From: Octopus sinensis
Lineage: Eukaryota
Reading direction: 5' to 3'
Assembly (NCBI RefSeq): GCF_006345805.1
Contig: NW_021826268.1
Span: 1 to 35,754 of the forward strand
DNA length: 35,754 nt
Positions 10,417 through 21,065 of this stretch are shown here, in pieces. Position 1 is the stretch's first letter; every line of letters begins with the position of its first letter. A model generated the notes under the pieces. That model worked only from the letters and a program-made list of their open reading frames with translations, ran no database searches and was not told where the DNA came from. Both the position numbers and the translations under genes were made by a program.

Positions 10417-10682
10417 CCTAATATACTACAAAACCCTTTTTGGGGTCCGAAAAATGGTTTGGGGGTGAGGTGGAAGCTTCGGAAATTTCACCCCCACCCC
10501 CATTGATCTTTTCACCCGCACGATTTTCACTAAGGAAAAAAACAACTTTCCAATGAATCCGGGACGGATTTCCCTAACCCTAAAAAGATGAGTGGGGATG
10601 GGTGGGTGGTGAAATTTCCGAGGCTTCCACCTCACCCCACTCTGTTTTTCGGACCCCCAAAAGGGTTTTGTAGCATATTAGG
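10417..10682. repeat. Long inverted repeat / foldback MITE-like unit (~95-bp arms, ~65-bp spacer)
   Basis: CCTAATATACTACAAAACCC...GGGGTGAGGTGGAAGCTTCGGAAATTTCACC (10417-10515) is the reverse complement of ~10582-10682, with few mismatches. Confidence 0.85.
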
Positions 10683-11099
10683 CTGCTGTTCCATTGGTCG
10701 TATCAGCTGGGGACCCTCGTCATCATAACCGACAGAGTGCTCCTATATATAGTCACAATGAGGATATACAAAGCTCTTTTAGGGATATTTATCCCAGATA
10801 CACTGGTTTAATATATTAAATTTTGAAGAGGTAATTCTTCAATGAATACATTATATAGAATATTAAGATATCAAACATTTTTATTGAGTTAGAAAAGAGA
10901 AAGATCTCATGGATACAGATTAATTTATTAATTAGTCTACATATTAATCAACAATTGTTTCATTTCCCAAGATTAAAATTACAAAACATATATAAAGATA
11001 TACTTTTGCCTTTTAAATACCTTATAAGGAAACTCATCAAGATTTTCAGAAGACAATAAGGATTAGATTAGGATTCTTTCGGAATATACAGAATATATA

Positions 11100-11275
11100 A
11101 ACATGTATATGTACATATACGACAGGCTTCTTTCAGTTTTCGTTTACCAAGTCCACTCACAATGCCTTAATTGGCCAGAGGCTATTGAAGACGCCCAAAG
11201 TTCTACGCATAGGATTGAACCCAGAACCATTTAGTTGAGAAGTAAGCTCCTTACTTCACAGTCACGCAAACGCCT
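11100..11275 (-). mobile_element. SINE family A, partial and diverged
   Basis: ACGACAGGCTTCTTTCAGTTTTCGTTTACCAAGTCCACTCACAA core. Confidence 0.75.
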
Positions 11276-11809
11276 ATATGTTTAAACATCTCACAAAATT
11301 TCATTCAATTCGATCTTATTTCAGGGTATTATATTGTGTCTATTTTCTATTCATTTTTCATTATCTTTTTTATTCCGCGTTTTCATTGGTGACTTAGTAA
11401 GCCAACCGGATCCTCACCTTGATTGTCATTCGTTTTAAACACTATTGCCCTCTCCTACCATGTCCCACTATCCTTCATGCCATCTGGAATGACATAAGCA
11501 ATATTTCACAAGTTCTTTTGATAATTCGCCAGGTGAAACCACCCCAAAATCCTAATCTCGATCAATCTTTTCAATTTGATTTATATCATTTTAAAAGTTG
11601 GATATATATACAGCTTTGTGTCCTTACACCGTGGTAACATACAAATCAGGGCTATTTTGCTGTTGCAGACACACAACTTAATAGAGTTAGACTAGAGTTG
11701 TAACGTGTTTGAATTTGAATATATCTTATTCTCCAGATGCACAGAAAAGAAAGGCGATTGCCCTGACAGCCTGCTTAAGAATATAACTTCATACTAATCT
11801 CTCTTTAAA

Positions 11810-12245
11810 TCGGTTTCAAATTTAGGTACAAGGCTAGCAATTTCGGGGAAAGGTTAAGTTGATAATATCGACCCCAGTAGACAACTGGTACTTATTTTAT
11901 CGACCCCAAAAGAATGAAAGGCAAAGTCAACTCCAGCAGAATTTGAACGCAGAACGTAAAGCCGGACGAAATGCCGCTAAGCATTTCTTCCGGTGTGTTA
12001 ATCCATTTTCCTCGCCGCTTTAATCCATGCATATGTTAGTTTCAATTTTGGTCACAATGCCAGCAATTTCATAGAATTGGTAAGCGGATTACATCGACCA
12101 ATATTCAACTGGAGCTTATTTTATCGAACCCGAAAGGACGAAAGGCAAAGTCAACCTCTGCGTTATTTGAACATAAAACGTAAAGTCGGACGAAATGCCG
12201 CTAAGCATTTTGTCCGACGTGTTAACGATTCTGCCAGCTCACCAC
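11810..12245 (-). mobile_element. Two tandem SINE family B (tail b) copies (~11810-12020, ~12040-12245)
   Basis: Both carry GAAAGGCAAAGTCAAC...GCCGGACGAAATGCCGCTAAGCATTT. Confidence 0.8.
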
Positions 12246-12326
12246 ATTTATCTTTGTAAATTATTGACAAAGTAATACTTAGCTAAATTAGCAAGATTGA
12301 TTTGCATGGAAGCACATGGCCTAGTG

Positions 12327-12395
12327 CAGTGGTTCCCAAACTTTTTCGGGCTGCCGCCCACTTAACACCCAAGCCACAATCTTAGCGCCCCACCC
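12327..12395 (+). mobile_element. hAT (Charlie-like) MITE left end, solo
   Basis: CAGTGGTTCCCAAACTTTTT terminus preceded by GCCTAGTG (CTAG-centred 8-mer). No matching right end seen. Confidence 0.55.
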
Positions 12396-12444
12396 CAACT
12401 AACCGTCAGAAATATAGACCACTTTCTGAAGAAAATTCAAAGCA

Positions 12445-12575
12445 AAGAGACCGATGGAGTAAGTACCAGGTTTAACAAAAATAAGAACTAGGGTGGATTC
12501 ATTCGGCCAAAACTTCAAAGTGGTGCCCAGCATAGCCACAGCCAAATGACTGAAACAAGTAAGAGACAAAAAAAA
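12445..12575 (+). mobile_element. SINE family A 3' portion
   Basis: GAGACCGATGGAGTAAGTACCAGG...GGTGCCCAGCATAGCCACAGCCAAATGACTGAAACAAGTAAG tail. Confidence 0.75.
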
Positions 12576-12689
12576 AAGATAAATGGTTTGAATCAGCCTC
12601 GGCCAAAAAGCCAAGGGAAAAGAAAGCAGGATTCAGGACAGGTAAAGGATGTATTGGTCAGACAATTGATCCCAGGAACATTATCGGAC

Positions 12690-12960
12690 AATGCTTTCTG
12701 TGGAATTTCCCATTGAACACCAATTTTACAGATTTTACACAAGCCTCTGGAAGATCTCGTTCGAGTTGGGAAATTCTCGCCCATGTTCGTGGTGACTGCA
12801 AATTTATACGATGGATTAAACCAAATCATCATCTCTTTCCTAGATCTAATTTGCTGCTGTAATATGTCGGGGTCTGATTTATATAAACTAAATTTTCGCT
12901 GAGGTCGCTCCAAAGTGGCCCACCTTATAAGAGTTTTCATTCAGAGGAATTTTGTGTCAA
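12690..12960 (-). mobile_element. Penelope-like element ORF fragment (RT to GIY-YIG linker region)
   Basis: RKEMMIWFNPSYKFAVTTNMGENF matches the PLE motif RxRxIIWFNPPYSxxVxTNIGxxF; degenerate. Confidence 0.65.
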
Positions 12961-13157
12961 TTCCATCTCAAAACTTTTGGGCTATAGAAGTCATCCATAA
13001 CGAAGGAATGAATCAAGTAGTTTACGTTCTTGCGACACAAACACACGCACACAATTGACACTGCGGTCCTCGACTTGCTAGAATTAGTAGCTAAATCTCT
13101 TTGAAGTCAATCATTCACTCTTAAAAAAAAGGCAAACAATTTGGATAATGTCGTACA

Positions 13158-13204
<47 letters not shown>

Positions 13205-13236
13205 ATCTGACAAGATGATCATCAGCGGCCTGTGGT

Positions 13237-13622
13237 CAGAGCTGGATTAACCATTAAGCAAAATATGTCTGTATTTATTTCATCAAGGAAAGTGTGCGTT
13301 TGTGTGGGGTACCACAAAAGTAGTAAATGGTTTACAGCACAAAAGAAATCACCTTAAATTTACTGAAGTAATATCCAAAATGGTTTATATGATCGGGAAT
13401 ATAATCTCAACGTGCTCATGGTGTCAAATAAAATAAAATAGAAAACTTTTCAAATATATACAAAAATAAAGATTATTTTTCCGTCATTGTTTTATTTCAT
13501 TTTGAAAAATAATTTATTTTGTGGATTATCGTTGCTTATATATTGAATTACATATATACAGGAGCACCAAAATCTTAAGTGTTTAGGGCTGTAGGGCCTT
13601 TATGGGTCTTAATACGACTCTG
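13237..13622 (+). mobile_element. hAT-type MITE, copy 1 (386 bp)
   Basis: TIRs CAGAGCTGGATTAA / TTAATACGACTCTG. Colinear with 25467-26213. Flanks CCTGTGGT / CCTGGGTC look like a degraded TSD. Confidence 0.75.
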
Positions 13623-13689
13623 CCTGGGTCTAAAAAACAACAACAAAATGCTGACACATAAACAGGCAGGCAGACAAACTAATGTACCT

Positions 13690-14130
13690 ACAACTTGTAT
13701 GTGTGTGTCTGTCTATGTGCAGTGTCTGATGCACAAACAGATGGGATGGCCACGGTTGACCTTGGGCTACATACCACTAACAATAGCACATGCAGTCAGG
13801 TACGCGCACACGCACATATACATGCACACAGACACATACGGGCGCACAAACATGCACGGCAACACGCACACATACGCACGCAAACATACACACATTAACA
13901 CATACACAGATACATACACTTGCACACATACACATATCCGTACGTACTCAAACATATACACAGATACACGCACTTGCACACACATATCCGCGCGCACACA
14001 TACACGCACTAAAATTCACACATATACACACACACACATCCGCACGCACACATACACTCACTCAAACATACACGCATTCACACGTTATATACACACCCGC
14101 AACTCCCGCCCCCCACATGCATGCATGCAC
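13690..14130. repeat. Degenerate (CA)-rich compound microsatellite
   Basis: Visible CA/CATA/CGCA mosaic; source of the His/Thr-rich spurious ORFs. Confidence 0.9.
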
Positions 14131-14384
14131 ATGCGCACACGAAATTCCAGTGGCAGGTGGTTAAATCTAAAAGAGGACAAAAGTTAAATTATAAACGAAT
14201 ATATTAAGAAAAACAGAGCAACAAGGAAGTTGTTTGAATAACCAGGAGGATGTGTGTCCCACTTCACCTGGTTAATATAATATAGCAGAGGAGTGTCTGA
14301 CTAATTGGGGGTAAAAACATTTTATTAACATTAATCCAGTGATTCGATCTCTAGTTTTTCACTTCGAGACGAATTTCTTAAAAA

Positions 14385-15190
14385 TATTTAGCCTTTACTT
14401 GTTTCAGTCATTAGACTGCGGCCATTCTTTTATTTGTTTGTTTAGCCAGATACTTATTCTATCGGTCTCTTTTACTGAACCGCTAAGTTATGGGAAAGTA
14501 AACACACCAACACCGGTTGTTAAGCGGTGGTGGGGGACAACGCGCGCACACACACACACACGGCGGGCTTCTTTCAGTTTCCGTCTACTATATCCTGTCA
14601 CATGTCTTTGGTCGGTCCGAGGTTATAAAGAAGACACTTGTCCAAGGTGTCACGTAGTGGAACCGAACCTACAACGATGTGGTTGGGAAGCAAACTTCTT
14701 TATTTTATGAAATTGGCCGTGAAGGCCTTACATAGAGGGGACAGCACAAGGTGGGGACAGAATGAAAAGAATGAATTTATATAATGAAAAATAAAATGAA
14801 GCCATTCGCTCCCCCACCTCCGAGTGACTTCATTGAGCCTGTTAATACCCTTAAAAAAAACTAGTTTATAATGCCTTTATTCTTTTACTTGATTCAGTCA
14901 TTTGAGTGTGGCCATGCTGGAGCACCGCCTTTAGTCGAGCAAATCGATCCCAGGACTTATTCTTTGTAAGCCCAATACTTATTCCTATCCGCCCCTTTTG
15001 CCGAACCGCTAACACACCAGCATCGGTTGTCAAGCGATGTTGGGGGGACAAACACAGACACATATATATACATATACACGACGGCTTCTTTCAGTTTCCG
15101 TCTACCAAATCCACTCACAAGGCTTTAGTCGGCTCGAGGCTATAGTAGAAGACACTTGCCTAAGGTGCCACGTAGTGGGACTGAATACAG
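14385..15190 (-). mobile_element. Two SINE family A copies (~14385-14700, ~14870-15190)
   Basis: Each has the tail TTTCAGTCATT...GGCCAT and the body GGCTTCTTTCAGTTTCCGTCTAC. Confidence 0.85.
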
Positions 15191-16054
15191 GGAACGGCTA
15201 AATATAGATTTTTTTCAAAAGAAAATTGTAGGTTCCCCCCCCCCCCCCCAGTTCAAAGAATAAATTCCTCGTAATAGGAACAGCAGTTCAAATCCCACCC
15301 CCGTTTGGAGGTCGCGCGCAGTTTAACAGTGTCTACAAAGGCTAAATTTAAAAAAATGTACTCCGTTGATGAATCCACGAATATACGATTGCCGAATGGC
15401 TTCAGAAATTTTTACTATTCCCCGGAAGACCGAGGAATAAGATTGTCCAACACAACCTGCAAATATATTTCTTTATTAACCTATAAAAGGTTTACATAGA
15501 GGGGACATTACAAGGACAGACAAGGGACATTTAGGGTAGGAACTCGCTTCTTATATACAGTATGAAAAAAACGGATGAATTTACAAATATTGCGGATGAG
15601 TGTAACACAACCTGCAAATAGGCAACAGTTCACAACAAAAAAAACAATTTTCAACAAAAGTTTACAATAATCAACAATAAAAAAAAATGACAACTCACAG
15701 AGCGCAAAAAACCACGATCGAAGTCTTCAACCAGAAGCAAACCACATGGGCCCCGCCTGCACTTTTGTATGGATTAGTTTACAAAGCAATAGGTGAATAA
15801 TGGCGTCCTTTGTTGCAGTTTAGTTCTCCAGTGATTCAATAATTATTTCGCTGCATTTGTGAGAGTGACTAGGGAGTGTCAAGAGTTCGATAGAACAAAC
15901 ATTGTCAGAGATTCTCATCGAAAAGCACCCGTTTTTCAGTTAGCTAAACGATTTTTTATTTTCTCTGCCAAGATACATTGGCGACAGACACACACACACA
16001 TCTGGCATGCGCAAGGGAGGCAATATTTACGTAAAATTAGCCATGTCTGTATAT

Positions 16055-16143
16055 CGGTGCTAGGACAATTCGTCCACTTTTTATTTTGTCGTCGGTTAAT
16101 TTCTCCCCGGTCAATTCGTCGTTGATAAATTCATTCTCAGGTC
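16055..16143 (+). repeat. Left terminal inverted repeat built of ~15-bp subrepeats (Mutator/foldback-like)
   Basis: CGGTGCTAGGACAATTCGTCC...GGTCAATTCGTCGTTG...CAGGTCA aligns to the reverse complement of 19338-19437. Confidence 0.7.
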
Positions 16144-16218
16144 ACTGTACAATTAAAATTATTGCTAGACAGTTTTGGATATTTTCCCCCTTTTTAATCC
16201 CCACCTCTCTCTCTGAAC

Positions 16219-17519
16219 GGTATAGAAGCCGAGTGGATAGAAGACACTATCTGTCGGGGCCTGGGTGGTGGCCCTGCCAGGTTCTTAAATGTAAAAATGT
16301 TGCCTGCGGTTGATTGGGTCGGGTCAAAAGCAATTTTGACCCAATGGACCCAATCAGCCGATGATCTGGTTGTTTTTAACAATGGCCGGTTCCAGGTATC
16401 CGGTGATGGTTGGGGGACGTCCCCGCAAGTGTCACCTGTGCCTGGAATCGGGTCATATAAAGAACTGTCGCCAGGACCAAGCAAGAGTCCTGGAACAGTT
16501 AATTGAAAAGGTGTCCCCTGCTCTCCCAGCGGAGGAAAAAGTCGAGGAGGAGGTAACCTCCTCGAAAGCAAAGAGGAAGAAAAGAAAGAAGGTGGACAAC
16601 AATGGTTGCCCACCGATGGATCCTGAGACGGCGGGGGGAGGGGCTCCTCCGGAGATGTTGGAGGAACTGCACCCTCCCATCGTAAAAGGAAAAAAAGAAG
16701 AGAAAAAAGATAAAGGGGGCAGTGCCGGCGACGGCATGTCCCGAAACCCCTTTGGTGGTATGTATGCCACCGGAGGTGGGGGGAAGAAGATAACCTCGTC
16801 AGTGGTATGTGTGCCACCGTGCGTGGGAGTTGAGGCCCCTCCCAGTGAAAGTGGTGAAGAATGTATGTTCTGCTTCCTCAGGGGAGGGGCTATTGACAGT
16901 TTCGTGGAGAATGATATGGATAGTCGGATCCTGAGGGATCCGACTTGTATTGACAGTCCAGAGTGGCCTTCGCAGGTGGCTGCTCTGGTGCTGGAAAGAA
17001 AGTACTGCGATCTGATAATTGACTCGTGTGAAAACGAGAATTACTCTTTTACTTGTTTCAGTCATTTGACTGCGGCCATGCTGGAGCACCGCCTTTAATC
17101 GACCCCGGGACTTATTCTTTTGTAAGCCCAGTACTTATTCTATCGGTCTCTTTTGCCAAACCGCTAAGTAACGGGGACATAAACACACCAGCATCGGTTG
17201 TCAAGCAATGCTAGGGAGACAAACACAGACACACAAACACACACACGCATATACATATATACATATATACGACGGGCTTCTTTCAGTTTCCGTCTACCAA
17301 ATCCACTCACAAGGCTTTGGTCGGCCCGAGGCTATAGTAGAAGACACTTGCCCAAAGTGCCATGTAGTGGGACTGAACCCGGAACCATGTGGTTGGTAAA
17401 CAAGCTACTTACCACACAGCCACTCCTGCGCCTATTATAGAATTCTTTTTCGGAGTCCTGGATTGCGGTCGCAGGAATACCTGCAAGTTGCAAGAAAATT
17501 ACTCGGGGAAGGATTGTAG
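16219..17519 (+). pseudogene. L1/Tx1-like ORF1 (gag-like) C-terminal half with zinc knuckle, interrupted by a SINE
   Basis: GIEAEWIEDTI... then a frameshift, then RYPVMVGGRPRKCHLCLESGHIKNC and a Lys-rich region. Removing the SINE at 17044-17433 restores the frame: ENENY-RILFRSPGLRSQEYLQVARKLLGEGL* (TAG 17517-17519). Confidence 0.75.
17044..17433 (-). mobile_element. Full-length SINE family A inserted in ORF1
   Basis: Head AGGCGCAGGAGTGGCTGTGTGGTAAGTAGC; apparent short TSD ATTA at 17040-17043 and 17434-17437. Confidence 0.9.
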
Positions 17520-18062
17520 AGGTTTATCGCCTCCAATTTGTGTATAAATTGTGTTTTATAATTGTAAGGACCTTTTAGTCCAGATATATTGTATTTTAAA
17601 TTGCAAGAGGGTTAATACCTCTGTATATACGTTTTTAAAGGACAATGTTTTAGAGAAACAGGGGGTCGGCGGGTGCTTTCTGTCTTCTCTCATCTTTATC
17701 ATTTTTGGATCATAATCATTCGCCTCATCAATGTCTATGTCCAGCCCGCAAAGCTACCTTATCTATGGCATATTTAATGAATAAAATGAATATGGCAAAT
17801 TTAATGAATAAAAGTATCTTGTTTACCTGTCTCGAGGTTAGAAGTGTTTTTTTGGCGGTGAGTCAAACGTTTTGTTGAACGTTGGATAATTTTTCTGCTT
17901 GAATTGTTAACTGTTTATTGTTGAACATTTTCGAACTGTTGAACATTGTTGAACTTTGAAACTTTGAAAATGTTTGTGCTTTTTCTCGGTGACGGGAGAA
18001 AGTAATTGTTTGTGTAAGGCCATTTTGCAGTTGTGAATTGTTGAAATATTGAACTTGTTAAA

Positions 18063-18480
18063 GCCGTTGTAGGCTTTATTGTCGAGCCTCGCCCCCAGCG
18101 GGGTTGGGATTGAACTGTTATCCTCATTAAGAGGAAAAAATATAGGTCTCCCGTTTTTTAGGATAATCAATTTATTATTGTGTGAAAAAATTAATTTTAG
18201 CCGTTGTAGGCTTTATTGTGGCACCCTGCCCCATAGCGGGGGTGAGATTTGAACTGTTGTCCTCGTTATGAGGGAAAAAAACAACAACATATTATAGGTT
18301 TCCCTTTTTTTAGGATACCGTATTTTTATTATTGTGGGAAAAATTTAATTTCGACCGTTGTAGGCTTTGTAGTTACGTCTCGCCTCCCAGCCGGGGTGGG
18401 ATTTGAACTGTTGTCCTCGTTGAGAGGAAAAAAAGTAAAAAAATTATAGGTTTCCCGTTTTCTGGGATTAAATTGTGTAT
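18063..18480 (+). repeat. Three tandem ~137-154 bp monomers upstream of the ORF1 ATG
   Basis: Units begin (G/A)CCGTTGTAGGCTTT at 18063, 18200 and 18354, and share GGGATTTGAACTGTTGTCCTC...ATAGGTTTCCC. Confidence 0.9.
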
Positions 18481-18499
18481 AAATTTATTTCGAACGAAT

Positions 18500-18957
18500 A
18501 TGTCAGTCGAAATAATTTCAGAGAAAAATTCACTGGAAAAGCCAGTTAAGAAATTTTCAGCAGTTACCGCGGTGGCTACTGAAAACGTCGAACTACCAAA
18601 GGAAAAGCTCTCCGAACTTTATGAAAAAATCAAAGAAGAGAGGATGGGGGTGATATAAAAATATCACCCTCACCTAGTGTTGAAAAATTGAAAAGGACTG
18701 TTGTTTTCAAAACATACTGTCTTTCAACAAAGAAATTTAAGCACTTTCAGCAGTGCAAAATTGGAAAATGTCTTGCTCCCATATGGGAAGACATAAAGTA
18801 TATAGCGAGGGGCCGTACTTATGGCACAGTAGAGGCCAGATTTGAAACAGAAGTAAAAGCTCAAGAGCACTCAGTAAGTCCCCTGAAAACGAAGGAGTTG
18901 GTACTTATGCTAACCTACATGGGGAGACGAACTGCTCGTGTAAGGGTGACAGAAGTG
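18500..18957 (+). pseudogene. L1/Tx1-like ORF1 N-terminal half (RRM-like), frameshifted and truncated
   Basis: MSVEIISEKN...ELYEKIKEER, then KRTVVFKTY...YIARGRTYGTVEARFETE...TYMGRRTARVRVTEV. Ends at a SINE junction. Confidence 0.65.
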
Positions 18958-19270
18958 TCTTCTACTATAGCCTCGGGCCGACCAAAGCCTTGTGAGTGGA
19001 TTTGGTAGACGGAAACTGAAAGAAGCCCATCGTATATATGTATATATGTATGTGTGTGTATATGTTTGTGTATCTGTGTTTGTCCCCCCCCCAACATCGC
19101 TTGACAACCGATGCTGTTGTGTTTACGTCCCCGTAACTTAGTAGTTCGGCAAAAGTGATCGATAGAACAAGTACCAGGCTTACAAAAGAATAAGGCCTGG
19201 GATCCATTTGCTCGACTAAAGGCGGTGCTCCAGCATGACCGCAGTCAAATGACTGAAAAAAGTAAAAGAA
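18953..19270 (+). mobile_element. 5'-truncated SINE family A
   Basis: Begins AAGTGTCTTCTACTATAGCCTCGGGCCGACC and ends GACTGAAAAAAGTAAAAG. Confidence 0.9.
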
Positions 19271-19337
19271 TAATACAGTAAACCTTGAAATAAACGCTTT
19301 TTAAAAAAAAATTCAGATATTCGTTCTTCCATTTTTC

Positions 19338-19437
19338 CAGGGGACGAATTGACCTGGGGCTGAATTAACCAACGACAAATTGATTGGGGACAAATTAAAC
19401 GACGATAAATTACCGTCGACGAATTGACCGGACACCG
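19338..19437 (-). repeat. Right terminal inverted repeat (15-bp subrepeats GGACGAATTGACC-like)
   Basis: About six tandem ~15-bp units ending GACCGGACACCG; inverted partner of 16055-16143. Confidence 0.7.
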
Positions 19438-20529
19438 GTCAATGTTTATACAGTAAGTTGATAGGCCGGTGACCACAGAATTTGTCCCGAGATAACATCT
19501 GTTATGGGCTTGCTGTACTAACAGCACAATAAACATCAGAAGGAAACGAAAATTCGTCCTAGCAGCGGACAGCGAGGGCGTCAGATGCATTGTGGCGCTT
19601 TGGAGCCTTCTCCATGACGTGTCATCGCAGCCAACCACATGTTCGGACGAGGATTTGTCGTCTCTGAGATAGGATATAATGAATAAAGCACTCACTGATG
19701 TTGCGTTTAACTGCCAGACTGGTTGAAATTCAGGTATCCGCATCTGAGGCAGTATTTAATTAAAATAACCGCCTAAAATACGCAGAGAAGACGGAGACGA
19801 CCATGAAATTCTAATGAATTAAAAATTAAGGAAAGGTGGAATACAGTGGAGTAGTGAATCTGAATTTTATCGGGTAGAGAAGTCCAGACATGTTTCAATG
19901 TTATTAGACCTCATCAGTGAAGCATAGATTATCCATGATCGCTAGTCTTTGAGAAGCAGAGAAAAATATGAGACTCTGCGAGGAAGTAAAAAGTAGGAGG
20001 AAAAGTATAACTGAAGAAATTTCTCAGAGACTGAGTGTGTCTCTTTCAACAAAAGGGAAAATATCTGGGAAAGGGTATTTTTGCTTTTAATGTATCAATG
20101 TAACCCGAAGCTCATGTGGGATCCACCGAATTTGACTAAGGTCACTTGTTCTTGGAGACATTTTGGCCTATACTAGATACCGTTTGTGGTCTATATTAGA
20201 TATCATCTGGGGTTGAGGAAATAAAGTACCAGTCATATACGAGGGTCAATTTAACCAACTAACACTGTCTCATCGTTGATTTTTTTCAGTTTCGGTTGAA
20301 ATGGAAGGAATTGGTGTTCTCAAGGGTATTTATTGAAACATGGTGCTATAAGCGAAAAATGGCAAGAGTGGAATGGTTCTATATATACGAGATACAGTTA
20401 TTGGCTGGAGACCGTCTGTTGAAGAGGAGACTTGCTCTTGGTGTTCAATGACTCTTGGACCTGTGTGGTTCCTTCTTCACTTGTTCTGGATATAATGCAG
20501 TCTCAAGTTCCAGGAGTCATAATGCCAGT

Positions 20530-20716
20530 AACCTTGTTTCCATGACCGAGATCACGACATTCCCTCCTGAACGGAACGCCAGTCCGTCGCAGGGTTATCC
20601 GTTTACAGCTGATTGGACTGGAGCAACGTGAAATGATGTGTCTTGCTCAAGAACTTAACGCGCTGCCCAACCGGGAATCGAAACTGCGATTTTGCGAACA
20701 ACACTCTAACCACGAG
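20530..20716 (-). mobile_element. tRNA-derived SINE with CCTGCGACGGACTGGCG central domain (Meta/V-SINE-like)
   Basis: Minus strand TTCTTGAGCAAGACACATCATTTCACGTTGCTCCAGTCC...TAACCCTGCGACGGACTGGCGTTCCGTTCAGG. Related copies at 24800-25115 and 34635-34795. Confidence 0.65.
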
Positions 20717-20809
20717 GTTACACAACTTCACTTTATTACTTATATATTCCATTCATATTTATATTTCATGTGTTTCTTATTCGATTTGCTATGTAAACAC
20801 CCCCCGGAA

Positions 20810-20972
20810 GGCGAGTTCAAATTCCGCCGAGGTCGACTTTGCCTTTCATCCTTTCGGAGTCGATTAAATAAGTACCAGTTACGTACTGGTGTCGATATAA
20901 TCGACTTAATCCGTTTGTTTGTCCTTGTTTGTCCTCTCTGTGTTTAGCCCCTTGTGGGTAATAAAGAAATAT
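20810..20972 (+). mobile_element. SINE family B (tail a), 5'-truncated
   Basis: GAGTTCAAATTCCGCCGAGGTCGACTTTGCC...GCCCCTTGTGGGTAATAAAGAAATA. Confidence 0.9.
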
Positions 20973-21065
20973 GTAAACACCCCCGGCCCTCCCACACAGC
21001 CCTTGTGTCTGTCTTTGTTATTGAGTCATCCTTAATCATTCGCCTTGTTGGTAAATAAAAGAAAA
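20973..21065 (+). mobile_element. Probable L1/Tx1-type LINE extreme 3' end
   Basis: Ends AATCATTCGCCTTGTTGGTAAATAAAAGAAA. Shares the 12-mer AATCATTCGCCT with 17714-17725. Confidence 0.45.

Noticed and set aside
13579-14187. Long His/Thr- or Cys/Val-rich ORFs here and at 26804-27490, 30340-31392 and 33794-34269
   Set aside because: Translations of (CA)n/(TG)n/(ACAT)n microsatellites, with no domain content.
17800-17840. Possible U2/tRNA/rRNA target sequence at the 3'-5' junction of the ORF1 element (Tx1-type site specificity)
   Set aside because: No match to U2, 5S or tRNA sequence that I can recognise.
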